In this document: piece after piece, positions 1 through 13,085 of the stretch
How positions within the stretch are numbered: the stretch's first letter is position 1
How the letters are laid out: every line of letters begins with the position of its first letter
Origin: Octopus sinensis
Taxonomy: Eukaryota
Direction: 5' to 3'
Assembly (NCBI RefSeq): GCF_006345805.1
Contig: NC_043001.1
Location: 12,214,001 to 12,278,000 of the forward strand
Length of the DNA stretch: 64,000 nt
The notes under the pieces: generated by a model
Database searches by the model: none
Told to the model about the DNA's origin: nothing
Seen by the model: the letters and a program-made list of their open reading frames with translations, nothing else
Program-made: the position numbers and the translations under genes

Positions 1-3000
1 CAGAGACTTAGTGGATCACTAAGCTGACATTTTTGAAGAAGGATTGCGAAAAGATGTCGTAGGGCCGAATGCGTTTGCAGTAAAGCACCCTCTGCCATCG
101 TGGCGTCCCACTGGGAGTTATCCTCTAGAAGGCCAAGTCTCATACATGCTTCCCTGAAGGTGTCGCACAGAACCCCATTGACGGTACGTATATTGGCGAA
201 ACCTGTTGGACCAGTGACCTCATGTAGAAGGAGACGGAGGTAGAAGCATTCTTGCTGGTTTGGCGGGATGTTGTAAACTCGACCCAGGCAGGAGTCAAAC
301 TTGACGCCTGGGAAGCTTTCGACGTTTTTGCCGGATTTCCGTCGAACCCAGGTGTTTTTAGACCACACGAAGTACGATGGGACCTGTGGGTACAAAAGCG
401 TTCGAGCGAAGTCATCACGTTGGCATAATTTGAAGAAACCAGTCAACGTTGTGTCTTTAGGGCTGGTGGCTATCTGCACAGCACTTTGCTCTGTGAAGTA
501 AATCTGCTGTCCATTTTCCAAGTGTACAGCAAGCTGTACCACAGCCGGGTGTCTCTGATGGAGCGGGAAGCCGTAAATGCGCCAAAACGCTTCGTTGCTG
601 CTGAGGTACCGGCCAGCCAAGTAGTTGGACACTTCGTCGCGACTGGTGGTCCTCTGGATGCTGAACATGGCAGCATCGCTGCCTTTGTTGATATATTTGC
701 AGACATATTGTATTGACCTGATGGAGCTGCAGAACTCAACGTTGACGTGGGCTTTGAATATCTTCGACAGGAGAGGACAGTAGGGGACAATGTAGCTGTT
801 GTCCACTTGATGTCGCCCAACCGTAATCGTGCGGCCTCCATTGGCTGGACTCCTTCGTTTGTACAGCGGATACCCATCGCCGCCTGTTTGAGTCTCCAAA
901 GTGAACCGTTTAGGAATCCCTTTGAGCAGGCTAATCCGTTTTTGTAGCATGGTGTGTTGGCGTAATTTGGTCCACAGGGCCCGTGTACCATGGTAGTGCG
1001 GACAATTTCGTAGAGTCCGGGGTCCTCATCGGGGTCAGGAATCTCGGCGGAAATGAATTTGTCAATGTCATTAGTCTCGATTTTATGAGTGAGCCAAATT
1101 AAGATGTGAGCATGTGGCAAGCACCTCTTTTGCCACTCGACCGAAAAATGTGGCACCTGACATGCCCGAAAATCTGACTCTTAACTATCAAATCCTTCAT
1201 TTTGCCCAAATTCAGACGGAAAACCCTAGCAACGATGTCGTGTCGATGGGTGTGAGATTGACCCGGGAGGAGTTCGCGAGTGATTTCGTCGCAGCTGGGA
1301 TTGCACGTGTAGGTGATAAAGAGGTCCGGCCGGCCGTAAATGCGCACGTAGGTCAAGGCGTCTTGGGTCCTTTCACGCATATATCGCGGTCCTCCCGTGA
1401 AGGTGGAGGGTAGAATGCATGGCTTGCCGATGTTGCGAGGGTCATTTTCTTGTTGCAAACCGTCACGGAGATGATGAATGTAGGGTCGGAGCGAAGTTTG
1501 GTCTGATTAAGTTTAATGTATAGCAGCCTTTCCGATTCCATTTTTGCGGCCATATCGACGGCGAACTGGTTGAATAGCTGACGACAACGGGGCAATAAGT
1601 TGAACTCACCCTCCCTGACCATGAACCGGTATGAGTAGAACGCCCTGCAGGAAACCGTCTTTGATGCCGCAGTAGTTTGATTGGAGGGCTGCCGTAAAGG
1701 AATTCCGAAGTGGTAGCCGTCTTCCCCATAAGGGAAAAGCAATGGATAGTGAAGCGCGTCATAAGATCTGTGAGTCTCGCTGATCCTGTGTAGGTTGTTA
1801 CCACGGGAGGAGATGATTATGTCACGGCTGTTGTGTTGCTCTCCGTGTATAACTGCGGCAATTTCGTTGCACGCAGGTGCGTTGAAACGGCGTTCGTGCT
1901 CCCCGTGGGGTCGTTTATCAGCATCAATGACAACGGTGAAGTTTGGAGATGGAGCACTGTCCAAGGCATATCTGAAGCTGCAGACGTAGCTGTTGATATC
2001 ATGAAGCATGGTTTGGAGACGGAGAAGAATGTCTTTGCGGGGAACATCTTGTACCCGGTATTATTCCAAGGCGTGCATCAACCTGGTGGTTGTAGTCAGC
2101 AATGAAGTATATTTGGAGGAAAGAAGACTGCTGAATCTCGTCTGGCAGAAGTGACCCAATAAGATGGTAGACCTGTCCCTGCACTTTGAAAGTAGGCATC
2201 CAGCCTTCTCTGGGAGGAATTTTGGCCCCAAAAGAGGTCATTTGGAATGAGCAGTTGTACTTTCGAATTATTTCAAGGAATTGTGACGAATCGGGGGTTA
2301 AACCCGCCGCGAGATCCTTCAGTGGTTGAGGTGGTTCCCGTAGGGGTGGCAGGTCCACTTTGCCACAGAGCAGCACAAACCAGGTGGCTCTCCGGGCCAT
2401 TTCTTGGCTTTGCAAAACTGGCATACAATTGTCATTGACCCTATCTTGATGTCGTCACGCAAGGAGAAGTTAATTGTGGCGTCGTAGTTGAATGCTAGTG
2501 ACAACCAGAAAGCGGGGGCAGGGGTACGTACACCACGAATGATATCCCGACGTTTGTTGATACTCTCAAGTCGAGTGCACCGTGCCTCAGCAGATTCAGA
2601 TGCACGTGCGACAGCGGTAGCAGTGGCATCCCTTGAAAGCCTTTCAGCTCTCGCCTCAGCACCCTCTGAAGCCCTAGCAGAAGCAGTGTTAATGGCATGT
2701 CTGGATGTCCGAATAGTCCGTTGGTGTGGAGTTTCGGCAGATCGAGCCCTGGCTGTGTTTGCGGCGTTAGCAGCTTGGCGAGCTCTCCTCTGTTGAGGTG
2801 TTTCGGCAGCTTTGGCCATGGCTTTGTTTGCGGCGTCAGCATCTTGGCGAGTTCTCCTCTGCTGTGAGGTTTCGACAGATCGTGTCCTGGCAGTGCTAGT
2901 GGCGTTAGCCGCATTCCGAATGGCCCTTTGTTCGGGGTTCTCGCGAGCTCTGCGGATGGAAGCACAGTAAGAAGCCCGCATGTTTTGGCTGGACTGTTGC

Positions 3001-3227
3001 TCTTTCGTCAACCTCGAGCGGAGGGAAGATCTGTACGCTGCGACCCTTGCAAGTCGGGTAGAACGGTCGCTAGTAGTTTCAGATGCCTGAGCAGCGGCAT
3101 AACGGGAAGCTGTTTGCGAGAGGCGCAAGGCGGTTTCCTCTGTGGTCTCGCGTGCCCTTCTAGCCCTGGCAGCCGATGCCTTGGCCGTCCGAGGGCTGAG
3201 GAGGGTCCTTCTCTTCTTGGGTGGCAT
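1..3227 (-). pseudogene. Helitron RepHel ORF, frameshifted (pieces 2319-3227, 1999-2424, 1353-2009, 1099-1458, 470-1156, continuing to base 1)
   Basis: Likely start MPPKKRR (ATG at 3227, NLS-like). Rep motif I FITYTCNP, HUH motif HAHIL (~1110), two-tyrosine motif IQYVCKYINKGSD (~680-715). Post-Rep segment GRVYNIPP..ECFYLRLLL is readable near 250-330. Confidence 0.9.
2545..3149 (-). repeat. Coding tandem repeat: nine 23-aa STPR-like units (E-T-x-E/Q-Q-R-x-x-R) in the Helitron N-terminus
   Basis: Units such as ENPEQRAIRNAANATSTARTRSV / ETSQQRRTRQDADAANKAMAKAA / ETPQQRRARQAANAANTARARSA are exactly 23 aa apart. Confidence 0.8.
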
Positions 3228-3230
3228 TTT

Positions 3231-3346
3231 GGTGGATAGCAATGTGTTTGGCAAAGGTGTAATAAAAAGGAACACGTGGGGTAAGTATTTTGGTGGATAG
3301 CAATGTGTTTGGTAAGGTGTAATAAAAAGGAGCGTGTGGGTAAGTA
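3231..3346. repeat. ~59-bp direct repeat x2 overlapping the Helitron 5' UTR
   Basis: ggtggatagcaatgtgtttgg..ggtgtaataaaaagga..gtggg(g)taagtat occurs twice. Confidence 0.8.
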
Positions 3347-4373
3347 TCCGAAAACGTATAAAAATGTACAAAAACGGCCAAAAAGCTGGCAGCAATGTGA
3401 GTGACAACAACGAAAAAGTCAAAAGTGATCAAACTGAACAAACGAAAGGAAAAGTTTTTTGATGCACACGACAAAAGTGGTTTATAATAACCAAGAGTTT
3501 GCAAGTAGCGTCCGAGGACCGTTAGGGTACGTCAAAAATTGAAGGTAAAACGTTTGGGGTGGTAGTTATAAAGAAAGTTTTAAACCAAAAAAGTATTCGA
3601 ATAACTTGCGGCTGCAGCAGCTATTAGCAGAAGTGGCGGTGTTGGGGGGTAAAGTCTCGAATGTAATTTCTTCCTGGTAGGAATTGGTTGGATCGAATTA
3701 TCGATAGCTAAAAAGGTCAAGTTGCGTCCCCTAGACAGTCTGGTTTGTGTTTATACACAAATTTGTTTGCTATGTGTGCCACATATGATTAAATTAACCG
3801 ATTTTTTCCAATAATGTATCCTATTGGAATAAAAAGAGCTATATAGCTCCTTGGAGCAGACATGATGCTCGTTGTGAAAAAAAAAAGATTCCTGCCAATT
3901 TGTGAAAGATATTGTCGAAAATATGTCATCTTGAATTTGAACGCGATTTCCCAAAATGGCATGATTTTATCGATTGTTTCTGATGGTAAGGTATTGCATG
4001 GAAAACTAACGTCAGAATTGAGTTTCTTAGGGTAACATTAAGCTTCACCATGAGTTTGGTGAAAATCGATTGCAAGTTGTGAAAACTACCATAGATAATG
4101 CGTTGCATAAAAAAAGCTTAGATTCTCGAGTTGCGTCCCCTAGACAGTCTGTGGTTCATGTTTATGATTCTCGACCCCATGTCGAATTTATCAATTTTTT
4201 TCAGAACTGGGGGAACTTTTCAAAATTTTCGCTGCGTTAGTTTTGAATTATGACATTGGGCTATGTGTGTGTCAAGTTTCATCAGAATCGGTTGAAAGCC
4301 GTGGTCAGGGTGAGGGTACGAGAAAACAGACACACAGAAGCACGCACAGACAAACTGCCGTTTATATATAGAG

Positions 4374-4405
<32 letters not shown>

Positions 4406-4705
4406 CAATACGTATGTATGTATGTATGTATGTATGTATGAATGTATGTAGGTAGGTAGGTAGGTAGGTAGATATACTCTTTTACTTGTTTCAGTCATTT
4501 GACTGTGACCATGGTGGAGCGTAGATATTCTGCAATTAACATTTGTAGATGACAAACTGCGACTTAAGATACAACGTTGCAACAACATACATCGTGTTTC
4601 AGATGCTGTCATTGATATTTTGCAAATGTTATGTCAACAAAATTGCATATACTTGTATATATATATATATATAATATATATATATGACACCGGCTTCTAT
4701 ATATG

Positions 4706-4739
<34 letters not shown>

Positions 4740-4835
4740 CTTAAATTAGAGATAAAACCACTATTAGGCAAATCAAACAGTGAAAAACATAAACCAAAAC
4801 AAAATATAAATTATTAATATAATATACAAAATATA

Positions 4836-5080
4836 TTGAACGAAGATTGAACAGAAATCCCTTTATTGCATTCTACACGCGTTTCGAAATCCACAATTTA
4901 CCAAGTTCCGATTGAATAGGGAGACCATGTTGTGTCTTTCTCTTCCTGAAGAGAAAGACACAATATGGTCTCCTTTTCAGTCGGAATTTGGTAAATTGTG
5001 GCTTTCGAAACGCGTGTAGAATGCAATAAAGGGATTTCTGTTCAATCTTCGTTCAACTCCATTTCTTCAATTCACTAATA
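4836..5080. mobile_element. Penelope-like fold-back mini-element (family F), ~110-bp arms, centre 4946-4947
   Basis: Near-perfect inverted repeat. The same sequence recurs at 38405-38890 and contains a hammerhead motif. Confidence 0.8.
4943..5021 (+). ncRNA. Type-I hammerhead ribozyme motif (family F)
   Basis: CTGAAGA 4946-4952; stem II GAAAG..CTTTC; GAAA 5007-5010; stem III AC-GCGT-GT; GUA site at 5018. The native 5' stem I is replaced by the inverted arm. Confidence 0.7.
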
Positions 5081-5085
5081 ATATA

Positions 5086-5191
<106 letters not shown>

Positions 5192-5265
5192 ATATATATA
5201 TATATATTATATATATATATATATATGTAAATTATATATATATATATATACATATATATATACAT

Positions 5266-5296
<31 letters not shown>

Positions 5297-5375
5297 GATA
5301 CTTTGATAGGTTTCGGCCATTATTGGCCCAGGCCATGTCTAACTTAATAGCACCACCTGGTGAAGTCTTTCAAGT

Positions 5376-8300
5376 CAGAATTTGGGCACTATGGCCCACT
5401 CAAGTAGAGAGTTATTGTTTACAGAGACATATCCGGGTGTAGGGGTTTTATCCGGGATTTCTTGAAGGAATCTGTCCAAAGACTTCTTGAACCCTATAGG
5501 GTCAGTTTCTGTTTTAATGCGTTTTGGTGTAATGTTAAAGAGAGCGGGGCCAATTGAGTGAATAAATTGTGCCGTATTGTTGTTATGAGATGAGAGTGCG
5601 ATTTTTGTTTTGGGCGGATGGCACGGGGCCCAAGCCTTGGATGTACCTTAAAGGTGATGCCAACATCATTTGGGCAATGCTGATGGAATATTTTCCACAT
5701 CATGCAGATGATGTAGCGCTCACGACGACGTTGGAGAGAATAGTTTTAGCTTTTCTAGTCGACCCCAATAGTCGAGGCCTGTCATGCCATCTATCTTTTT
5801 TGTGATTGCCCTTTGAGGTGCTTCGACTTTTATGATACCTTGTATTGTGTGGGGAGACCACAGTGGACAACAGTATTCAAGGTGGGGTCGGGCAAAAGTG
5901 GAGAAGAGAAGGATAATGGTGTGGATATCTCTCGACTGGAAAGTTCTGAGAATCCAGGAACACATTCTGCGGGCCATGTCAACTTTGGTGTTTATATGAG
6001 TGGCCCAGCTTACGTTGTTGTCCACAATTACTCCCAAGTCTCTGATGTTGTTGGACGCCGTGAGAGTTTCACCTGAAGGAAGGGAGTATGGGAGTTTCAG
6101 GGCATCCTCTTTTCCAAAGTGGATTAGCTCAAATTTATCCTCGTTCAGCAGCATATTGTTTTTTTCTGCCCATTGGATAACAGCCAGTAGATCTGACTGA
6201 AGGCATGTCCGGTCACTCGCCTCATTTATGACCTTCTGTAGCTTGGAGTCATCTGCAAAGATTTTTATGTTGCTGTGCTTGATGATGTCATTAATGTCAT
6301 TAATGTAAATGATGAAAAGAAGTGGGCCCAGCACACAGTGCCTTGCGGAACGCCACTACTGACTTTGGCTGGGCTTGATTTTACCCCTTCAACTACAACA
6401 TGTTGAGATCTGTCTGTCAGGAAACACTTAATCCATTTCAGTAACTTTCCAGAGACACCAATGTTGGATAGTTTTTTCAATAGGATCTTGTGATCGACCC
6501 TGTCGAAGGCCTTACTGAAATCAAGGTAGATGACATCGGTGTTGGAGCCCTCTCCCAAAGCTCTCAAAATGTCCTCAAAGTGATGCAGGAGCTGCGTTAG
6601 GCAGTCCCTTCCATTACGGAACCCATGTTGGTTGGAGATCAGCCGTCTGTTGCTTTCCAGAAATTGGGTTATTTGAGATCTCACCACCCTCTCAAATACC
6701 TTGATGATATGAGAGGTGAGTGAGATCGGACGGTAATTCACTGCAAGGGACTTGTTTCCCTTTTTGAAAACTGGGACAACAGACTGGGACAGAAGGTTTT
6801 TTGGAATATAGCCAGCATCCAGTGAGTTTCTCCACAGATTAGCAAGGGGAGATGCAAGTTGGTGTCGACACCCTTCAGGACACAAGCAGGGAACCTATCG
6901 GGGCCTACTGCTGAATTGTGTTTTATTTCGTTTATCGCCGCTAAGACATCAGGGGCACTAAACGTTATGTCCGATATAGTGTGTTGGGGGTTGACATCAC
7001 TGATACAGCCCAGATCGGCCATATCAGGATTGCTGAAAACAGAGCAGTATTGTTTCTGCAGTATCTCGGCCATGGATTTGGCATTATCTTGGAGAGTGCC
7101 AGTTTCGTCAATTAGAGGGCCTACAGTGGAGACAGTGACCCTGCGTTTCCTCGCAAATGAAAAGAACACTTTGGGGTTGAGTTTGATTTTTTCAATGGCC
7201 CACTTCTCCTCAGCTGATCTTTGGTTATTGATGAGGGACTTCATGCATTGTTGGAGGTTATATTTTTTGGATTCAAGCAGTGCGATAGCTGTCGAATGTG
7301 TGTGTTGCTGTTGGCAGTACTTTAGTTTGTTAATTTTTTTGTTTGTTCTTTTTATTTTTCTGATAATGGTTTTTCTGTTTTGGGGGATTCTGCACTTTTT
7401 GTTCACAGGTCTTGGTGGGGAGTGTTTTGCACATATGTCTGTGACGGTGTCTACAAAGATCTGCCAAGATGTTTTATGGTTGGTGGAGATGTGTGTATGT
7501 GTAAAGGACCAGTCAACATTTGATAGCTCGTTCCTGATTGCATCCCAGTTGGCTTTATGGAGATCCATGTTGTCAAATGGGTGGGCTGGAGGAAGGTCAC
7601 TAGGATTAGCTTTCGGCTGGTGGAATTTCATGTTACAGAGAACCATGTCATGGTCTGAAAGAAGGGTTTTTTCCACTGTAACGTTATGTATAGTGTTAGT
7701 GTGGTTACTAAACACTAGGTCCAAAATGTTCTGATGTCTTGTTGGTGCAAGGACAAGTTGGGACAAGAAAAACTCATTCGTAAAGTCGAAAAGTGACTCT
7801 GCTGCTTCTTTGTCAGCGGTTGAGGCGGGAGTGCTTGGTTTCAAACAGTTTGTAGTCCAGTCAACACAGGGTAGATTGAAGTCTCCCATCATGAGTATGT
7901 TGCTAGAATGGCACTGTTGAATAAAGCACTTAATGCTGTTGAGGCATTCTTTAAAGCACAGTATGGGTGTTTGGGGCGGCCTATAGAGTCCAATTACTGT
8001 CAGATCATTGGCTTTGTTGTGCACGGTGACTGATTCACAGTAGCCGTTGGAGAATATACTATTTCCATCTGCCGTAAATGAATCATGCAGGAAAATGGCA
8101 GTTCCACCCTTCCTCCTGCCGATACGATCCGCGCGGATGGTTGTGAAATTCTTCACTCTCACTTCGGCTTCCAAGTGGGAGTTGTCAAGGTGGGTCTCAG
8201 TGAGAATGAAGAAAGGGATGTGGTGTGAATGGTTACCAACCCAGTCTTCAATGAATTGGACCTTCCATTTTTGTGCATTGATGGAAGGGCTGACACCTTG

Positions 8301-8408
8301 TGCATTGAGTAGGAATGTGGAGGTTAGTGTAGTGGCTGGTTTTGACTGTTGCAGGGGGCTTGGATTTTTTGTGTGTGTTAGTGGCAGCAATGTGGGGAAT
8401 TGGTGCAC
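5376..8408 (-). pseudogene. LINE-A ORF2: APE endonuclease + reverse transcriptase, broken by a few 1-2 nt indels
   Basis: APE motifs LNAQG, LTETHL, RxDR..GG, YRPP, MGDFNLP, LDLVF, SDH. RT motifs QHGFR, YLDFSKAFDRV, GVPQG(T)VLGP, FADDSK, RDLGV, RPHLEYC. Confidence 0.93.
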
Positions 8409-8649
8409 TGGGGTAATAGCATAGGATGGTGTTGAGTGATGGCTAGAATGTTTTTGTGTATCTCTTTTGCCATGTTCAACATGGCTAAAAAAGAATTTTC
8501 CTGCTTAGGGAGCAGTTTTTGGCTGGAGGTGTAGTTGCACTGTTGGATAGGGTTGTAGTTTCCACTTTTGTTGTTGTTGTTTTTGTGTCTTCCTGAAAAG
8601 ACTGGACCAGCATTACTGCAGCATGGTGTGTTTCTATTTTTATTGTTAT

Positions 8650-9606
8650 TCAGGTTTTGTGTTGGCTTGAGGCCCCGTTTCTGTTTGTGCGTCGGGTCCC
8701 TGGAAGATGAGTGAAGGGACAGTCACTCAGTAGACATGTTCTCTCACGTTGGGAATACCGGCAGATTTTGGGACTCCGAGTTGTGTGTGTTTTGAATTTC
8801 GATTTACTATTTGGTGGTGTTGATGTTATTGTGGGATGCGTGCTTTGGCCTTGGCCGGTAGTGCGTCTAGTGCCGGGTAGATGCGTGAAGATGCAGTCAC
8901 TATTTTGTGCAGGTCTCTGGCGCAGTGAATAGCGGCATATTTGGGGATTTCTTGTTTGTGCCGTGGGGGGCGCATTCTGCTTCCTATGTTTCTTTAAGTT
9001 TTTGTTACTGCAGTAGTATTGAGGTGGTGATGTGGGGGAAGAGGGCAGTGGTTTCTTATTTGGTTTTCTGTTGGTATTTTTGGTGATAGAAGACGATGGT
9101 GGCAGCGGTGGTGATGATGATGATGATAATTGTGGTGGTTGCTGTGATAGCGGTGAAAAGATACTGGCATTTAGTGAATCGTCTAGTAAGTTAGAGTTGA
9201 GGAGTGGCTGTTGTTGTTCTTGTTGCTGTGGCTGTTGTTGTTGTTGTTGTGCCTGACCGATGTCAGGGTCAGCCATTGTGTTGGGAACCAGGAGTGGCTC
9301 ATTCTGTTGTTGTTGTTGTTGTGGCTGCTGATTTTCTAGCTGTTGTTGTTCTTGAACTGTGAAAATATGTAGAAGCTTTTCATAATGGCCTCTTATCAGT
9401 TTGAAAGATACTTCGATATGTTTCAACTTGCTACGAATCTGTTTGACGGATCGTGTGTTGACCACTTGTGATGTTTTTTCGGCAATCTCATTCAAACACA
9501 AGACATTTAGATTTTCTGTTTGGGAAAGAGAGAGCCATGTGTTTATTAAAACATCAATTTCGTTATCAGACCAATTTCGTCTGTTGCAGGCCTGCAAGTT
9601 AGTCAT
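8650..9606 (-). CDS. LINE-A ORF1: N-terminal Myb/SANT-like (trihelix) domain, poly-Q/P/S linker, two CCCH-type zinc fingers
   Basis: 318-aa open frame directly upstream of ORF2. Contains NWSDNEIDVLINTW..RSVKQIRSKLKHI and CRYSQRERTCLLSDCPFTH (C-x8-C-x4-C-x3-H), with a degenerate duplicate finger. Confidence 0.7.
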   Translation of the reverse strand: MTNLQACNRRNWSDNEIDVLINTWLSLSQTENLNVLCLNEIAEKTSQVVNTRSVKQIRSKLKHIEVSFKLIRGHYEKLLHIFTVQEQQQLENQQPQQQQQQNEPLLVPNTMADPDIGQAQQQQQQPQQQEQQQPLLNSNLLDDSLNASIFSPLSQQPPQLSSSSSPPLPPSSSITKNTNRKPNKKPLPSSPTSPPQYYCSNKNLKKHRKQNAPPTAQTRNPQICRYSLRQRPAQNSDCIFTHLPGTRRTTGQGQSTHPTITSTPPNSKSKFKTHTTRSPKICRYSQRERTCLLSDCPFTHLPGTRRTNRNGASSQHKT

Positions 9607-9848
9607 GTTTGTTTTTCTTTTGTTTGTTTTCCTTTTGATTTTTGAAAATATATATATTCTTTCTTGGGAGTTAAAGAAGTGTATATATATATAAATGTTC
9701 TCTCTTAAGGGTGTGAGTTTTTGATTATTTGGTTGTTTGAGGATATTAAAAAAAAACAGGTGTATATAACAATTTGTAGTTAAATGAAAACGTACTTACG
9801 GGTTTGTAGGCAAACACGTGGTACATATATATATATATATATATATTA

Positions 9849-9891
<43 letters not shown>

Positions 9892-9896
<5 letters not shown>

Positions 9897-12800
9897 ATTG
9901 GTTGCTTGATTGATTCTAGTTTCAGCTTATGAGCTGTGGCCATGCTGGGGCACCGCCATTTGGTGTTGCTACTTGGTTTCACTTCATGGAGGCTTTCTAG
10001 CAACTGCTATTTGGTGCATGAGAGAGTTCGATGCAGCTGCCCTCATCTGCCCCTCCTGCCTGAAGTTGGTTCATCTGGGACACCTGACAGGAAGAGATCC
10101 CTTCATTTTAAAGACATCTGTATCCACCCCATGCAGGTCTCTCAGGTTCTTCGGGAGGATATTGAAGAGCTGTGGGCCTCGAAAGCCCAGGCTATCACAG
10201 AATCTTGTCCTACATCTTGATGGCAGTTTGGAGTCCTAGGCACCACGCAGTGGCGCCCAGTTCTGGCACTTGCGTAACTCTCGATGCCAAAGTTCAGGAC
10301 ACTTCCCTCCAGGATCTTCCAGATGTATATTATGCATATCTTCCCGCCTACGCTCCAGGGAATATAATTTTAATCTCTTGAGTCTTTCCCAGTAGCTTAC
10401 ATTCTGCATAGAGGCTATCTTCTTTGTGTAGCTTCGTTGGATCGCCTCAAGTTCTGTGATCAACTTGACACTGGATGGTGACCATAGCTGAGAGCAATAG
10501 TCAAAGTGGCTTAGGACAAGTGTCTTCCAGAGGACCATCATGGTTTCTTGTTCTCTTGTTCTAAAGGTTCTAAGAATCCATCCAGCCAGCCGTCTACATT
10601 TCATTGTCAGTTTAGCAACATGTACATGAAAGGTCGCGTCATCACTCATGTGAATACCCAGGTCACGCACTGATTGTGCCTCTGGGATTGCAATCCCTCC
10701 GGGTCCAGTGTATTCATTGGGTATTGCATTCAGTTTTGCATGCTGATAGTATAAAGCTTGAAACTTTCCAGCATTGAACTGCATGCTATTCTTTTCAGCC
10801 CACTTGTATATTTCGTCTAGCTCACATTGCAGGTGTTTAGTGTCCTCAGGGTTCTGTATTGCCTGTGAAACTTTTGTATCATCTGCATAACTTGTGATCG
10901 TGGCTCTCTGCGTGGCTGAGGGCATGTCTGAGAGGGCCATTATGAACAGTAGTGGTCCCAGAACAGTGCCCTGCGGAACACCGCTCACTATTTGTGTGTT
11001 AATGGATGTGGCCCCATTGGCTACTACCACCTGACTTCTATCCTTCAGAAAGTCATGAAGCCATTCTCCCAGTTTTCCAACTATGTTGAGATCACGCAGT
11101 TTGTGACATATCATTCCATGATCGACTTTATCAAAGGCCTTTGCAAAGTCGAGATATATCACTTCCACATTTGAGTGGTTGAGCAGCCGTTTCAGCACCC
11201 AGTCATAGTGTTGTAGGAGCTGAGTTAAACAGCTTCTCCCTGGTCGGAAACCATGTTGGGTGTCGAGCAGCAAGTCATTCTCTTCAAGGAAGGTGATCAG
11301 CTTCCTTCTGACTATTCGTTCCATGACCTTGCTGATGTGTGAGGTCAGAGAGATAGGTCTATAGTTCTTGGCTTCCGCTCTGCTACCTCCTTTATGAATG
11401 GGGCATATTTTACCTTCCTTCAGTTTTCCTGGAAGTTTGCCAGCTGCAAGGAAGCTCTGAAAGAGGAACTGCAGTGGTCTTTCTAGGACTCTCTTACATG
11501 CTTTTAGGAGGATTGCCGGGAATCCATCGGGGCCAGTAGCTGAGTCTGTTTTCATTTCATCTATAGCCTTGGTTACATCGTCTTCCTTTATATCGATGTA
11601 ATCTATCGTCGCCGCCTCTGATTTTATATCTGCAGTGGTAAAAAAGTCAGTTGGATTGGTGATTTGGAGATGCCCAAGGGGTGGAGTGAAAACACTCTTG
11701 AATTGCTCATTCAGTATTTCACTTACCCTCATTGATTTTCCTGTAAGTGTGCCATCCTTTTCGAGGAGTGGCCCTATTCTACAGTGCACTGTAGCTGTTT
11801 CTTTGGCATACCTGTAGAAAGCTCTGGGGTTAGATTTTATGTTTTCTATAGCCCAGGCTTCTTTGTCTGCTCTTTCTTTTTCATGGGAGAGTTGCAGACA
11901 TTTTTCGATTTCCAACAGTTTTATTTTTAGGCGGGACTTTTCACTGCTTTCAATCTGTTTGTTTAGGCGATTTGAAAATTTCGTACGCCGTCTCATTAAA
12001 ATTTTCCTCTCTCTGGGGATTTTGTTCTTGTGTACAGTGGCCTTTCTCTCTGGGACACATTTGTAGCATATGGCTTGCATTACAGACATGAATTGTTGAA
12101 GTTTCACGTCAATGTCTGGCGAGGAGAGACATTTAGGCCAGTTTTGTTTGAGGATCTCTTTCTCAATTTGTTTCCAGTTTGCCTTATGGTAGTTCAAGCT
12201 GGAAATATTTTGAGGGTTTCTTGTAGGCTGCATGTCCGTGCTCTCTTTTGGCCCGTACATGGTCAGCTCTATCATGTTGTGATCCGAGAGTAGTGTCGGT
12301 GTCACTTTCACATTATGGATGAGATCCATGTCATTTGTGAAGCAGAGATCCAGTGTGTTACCTGCCCTGGTTGGTTGGAGTATTACCTGCTCCATGTACA
12401 GGGTGTTGATGAGGTTCAGGAGGGACCTCGCATGTCCTCGTTCACATCTTGTCATTCCTGGGAGAGAAAGGCCCTCGGGCCATCTGACATTGGGCAGATT
12501 GAAGTCTCCCATAAGAAGCACACCTATGTGTTGTTCTAATGTGGTTAGAATTTCTTCTATTTTTATAAGGCAGTCTTCAAACTTGCCCACATGGCTGGGG
12601 CATCTGGAGGGCGATATGTAGCACACACAACTACATCAAGTTGCCTAATATGTACAATTAGTGTGTCACACACCGAGTTTGAGTATGACAAGAGGACCTG
12701 GGGTGTGAGGTCCTCACGGATGTACATAGCAACACCTCCATGACTCCTTCTTTCCTGTCGGTCCGTAGTACAGCATACTGTGGTATGTGTAACTCCGCAA

Positions 12801-13085
12801 ATTGCTATGTCCGGTTTCAGGTGCGTTTCTGTAAGTGCTATGCATAAGGCTTGATTGCATGCAACAAAGTCTCTCAGGAACGGGATCTTTGTCCTGTTAC
12901 TGAGTGTTTGCAGTCCTCTGATGTTCAGTAGGAGTATCGAGGTGAGGTGTACGTTGTTGCGGGCGTTGTCCATCCTGTGTCTGTTTGCTGTGTGGTCTGG
13001 TATATAGTGGGTAGTCCCACCTGCGGGCTTGGGTTTGATGAAGCCAGGTCAGCTGCTGTACAATCTTTTGTGCCATGCACAAAAA

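Larger units (their letters stand above)
1..4374 (-). mobile_element. Helitron, 5' part (Rep domain; the helicase lies beyond the left window edge)
   Basis: Minus strand reads A|TCTCTATATATAAACGGCAG at 4375/4374 (Helitron 5'-TC end after A). Frameshifted ORF pieces carry Helitron hallmarks: CxxC-A-xx-W-x2-E-x4-CC knuckle, FQMTSFG/FKVQGQVYH, YDALHYPLLFP, LPSTFTGGPRYM, DLFITYTCNP, EWQKRCLPHAHIL, YVCKYINKG. Confidence 0.93.
5290..9823 (-). mobile_element. Full-length CR1-group LINE (LINE-A), (ATCAAAGT)n tail, flanked by (TA)n on both sides
   Basis: ORF1 8650-9606, ORF2 5376-8408 (APE+RT), 3' UTR with stem-loop, tail tactttgatactttgata at 5290-5307. Confidence 0.92.

Noticed and set aside
6859-7734. 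291-aa plus-strand ORF and other antisense ORFs over the LINEs and Helitron
   Set aside because: Shadows of the real minus-strand coding frames; no motifs.
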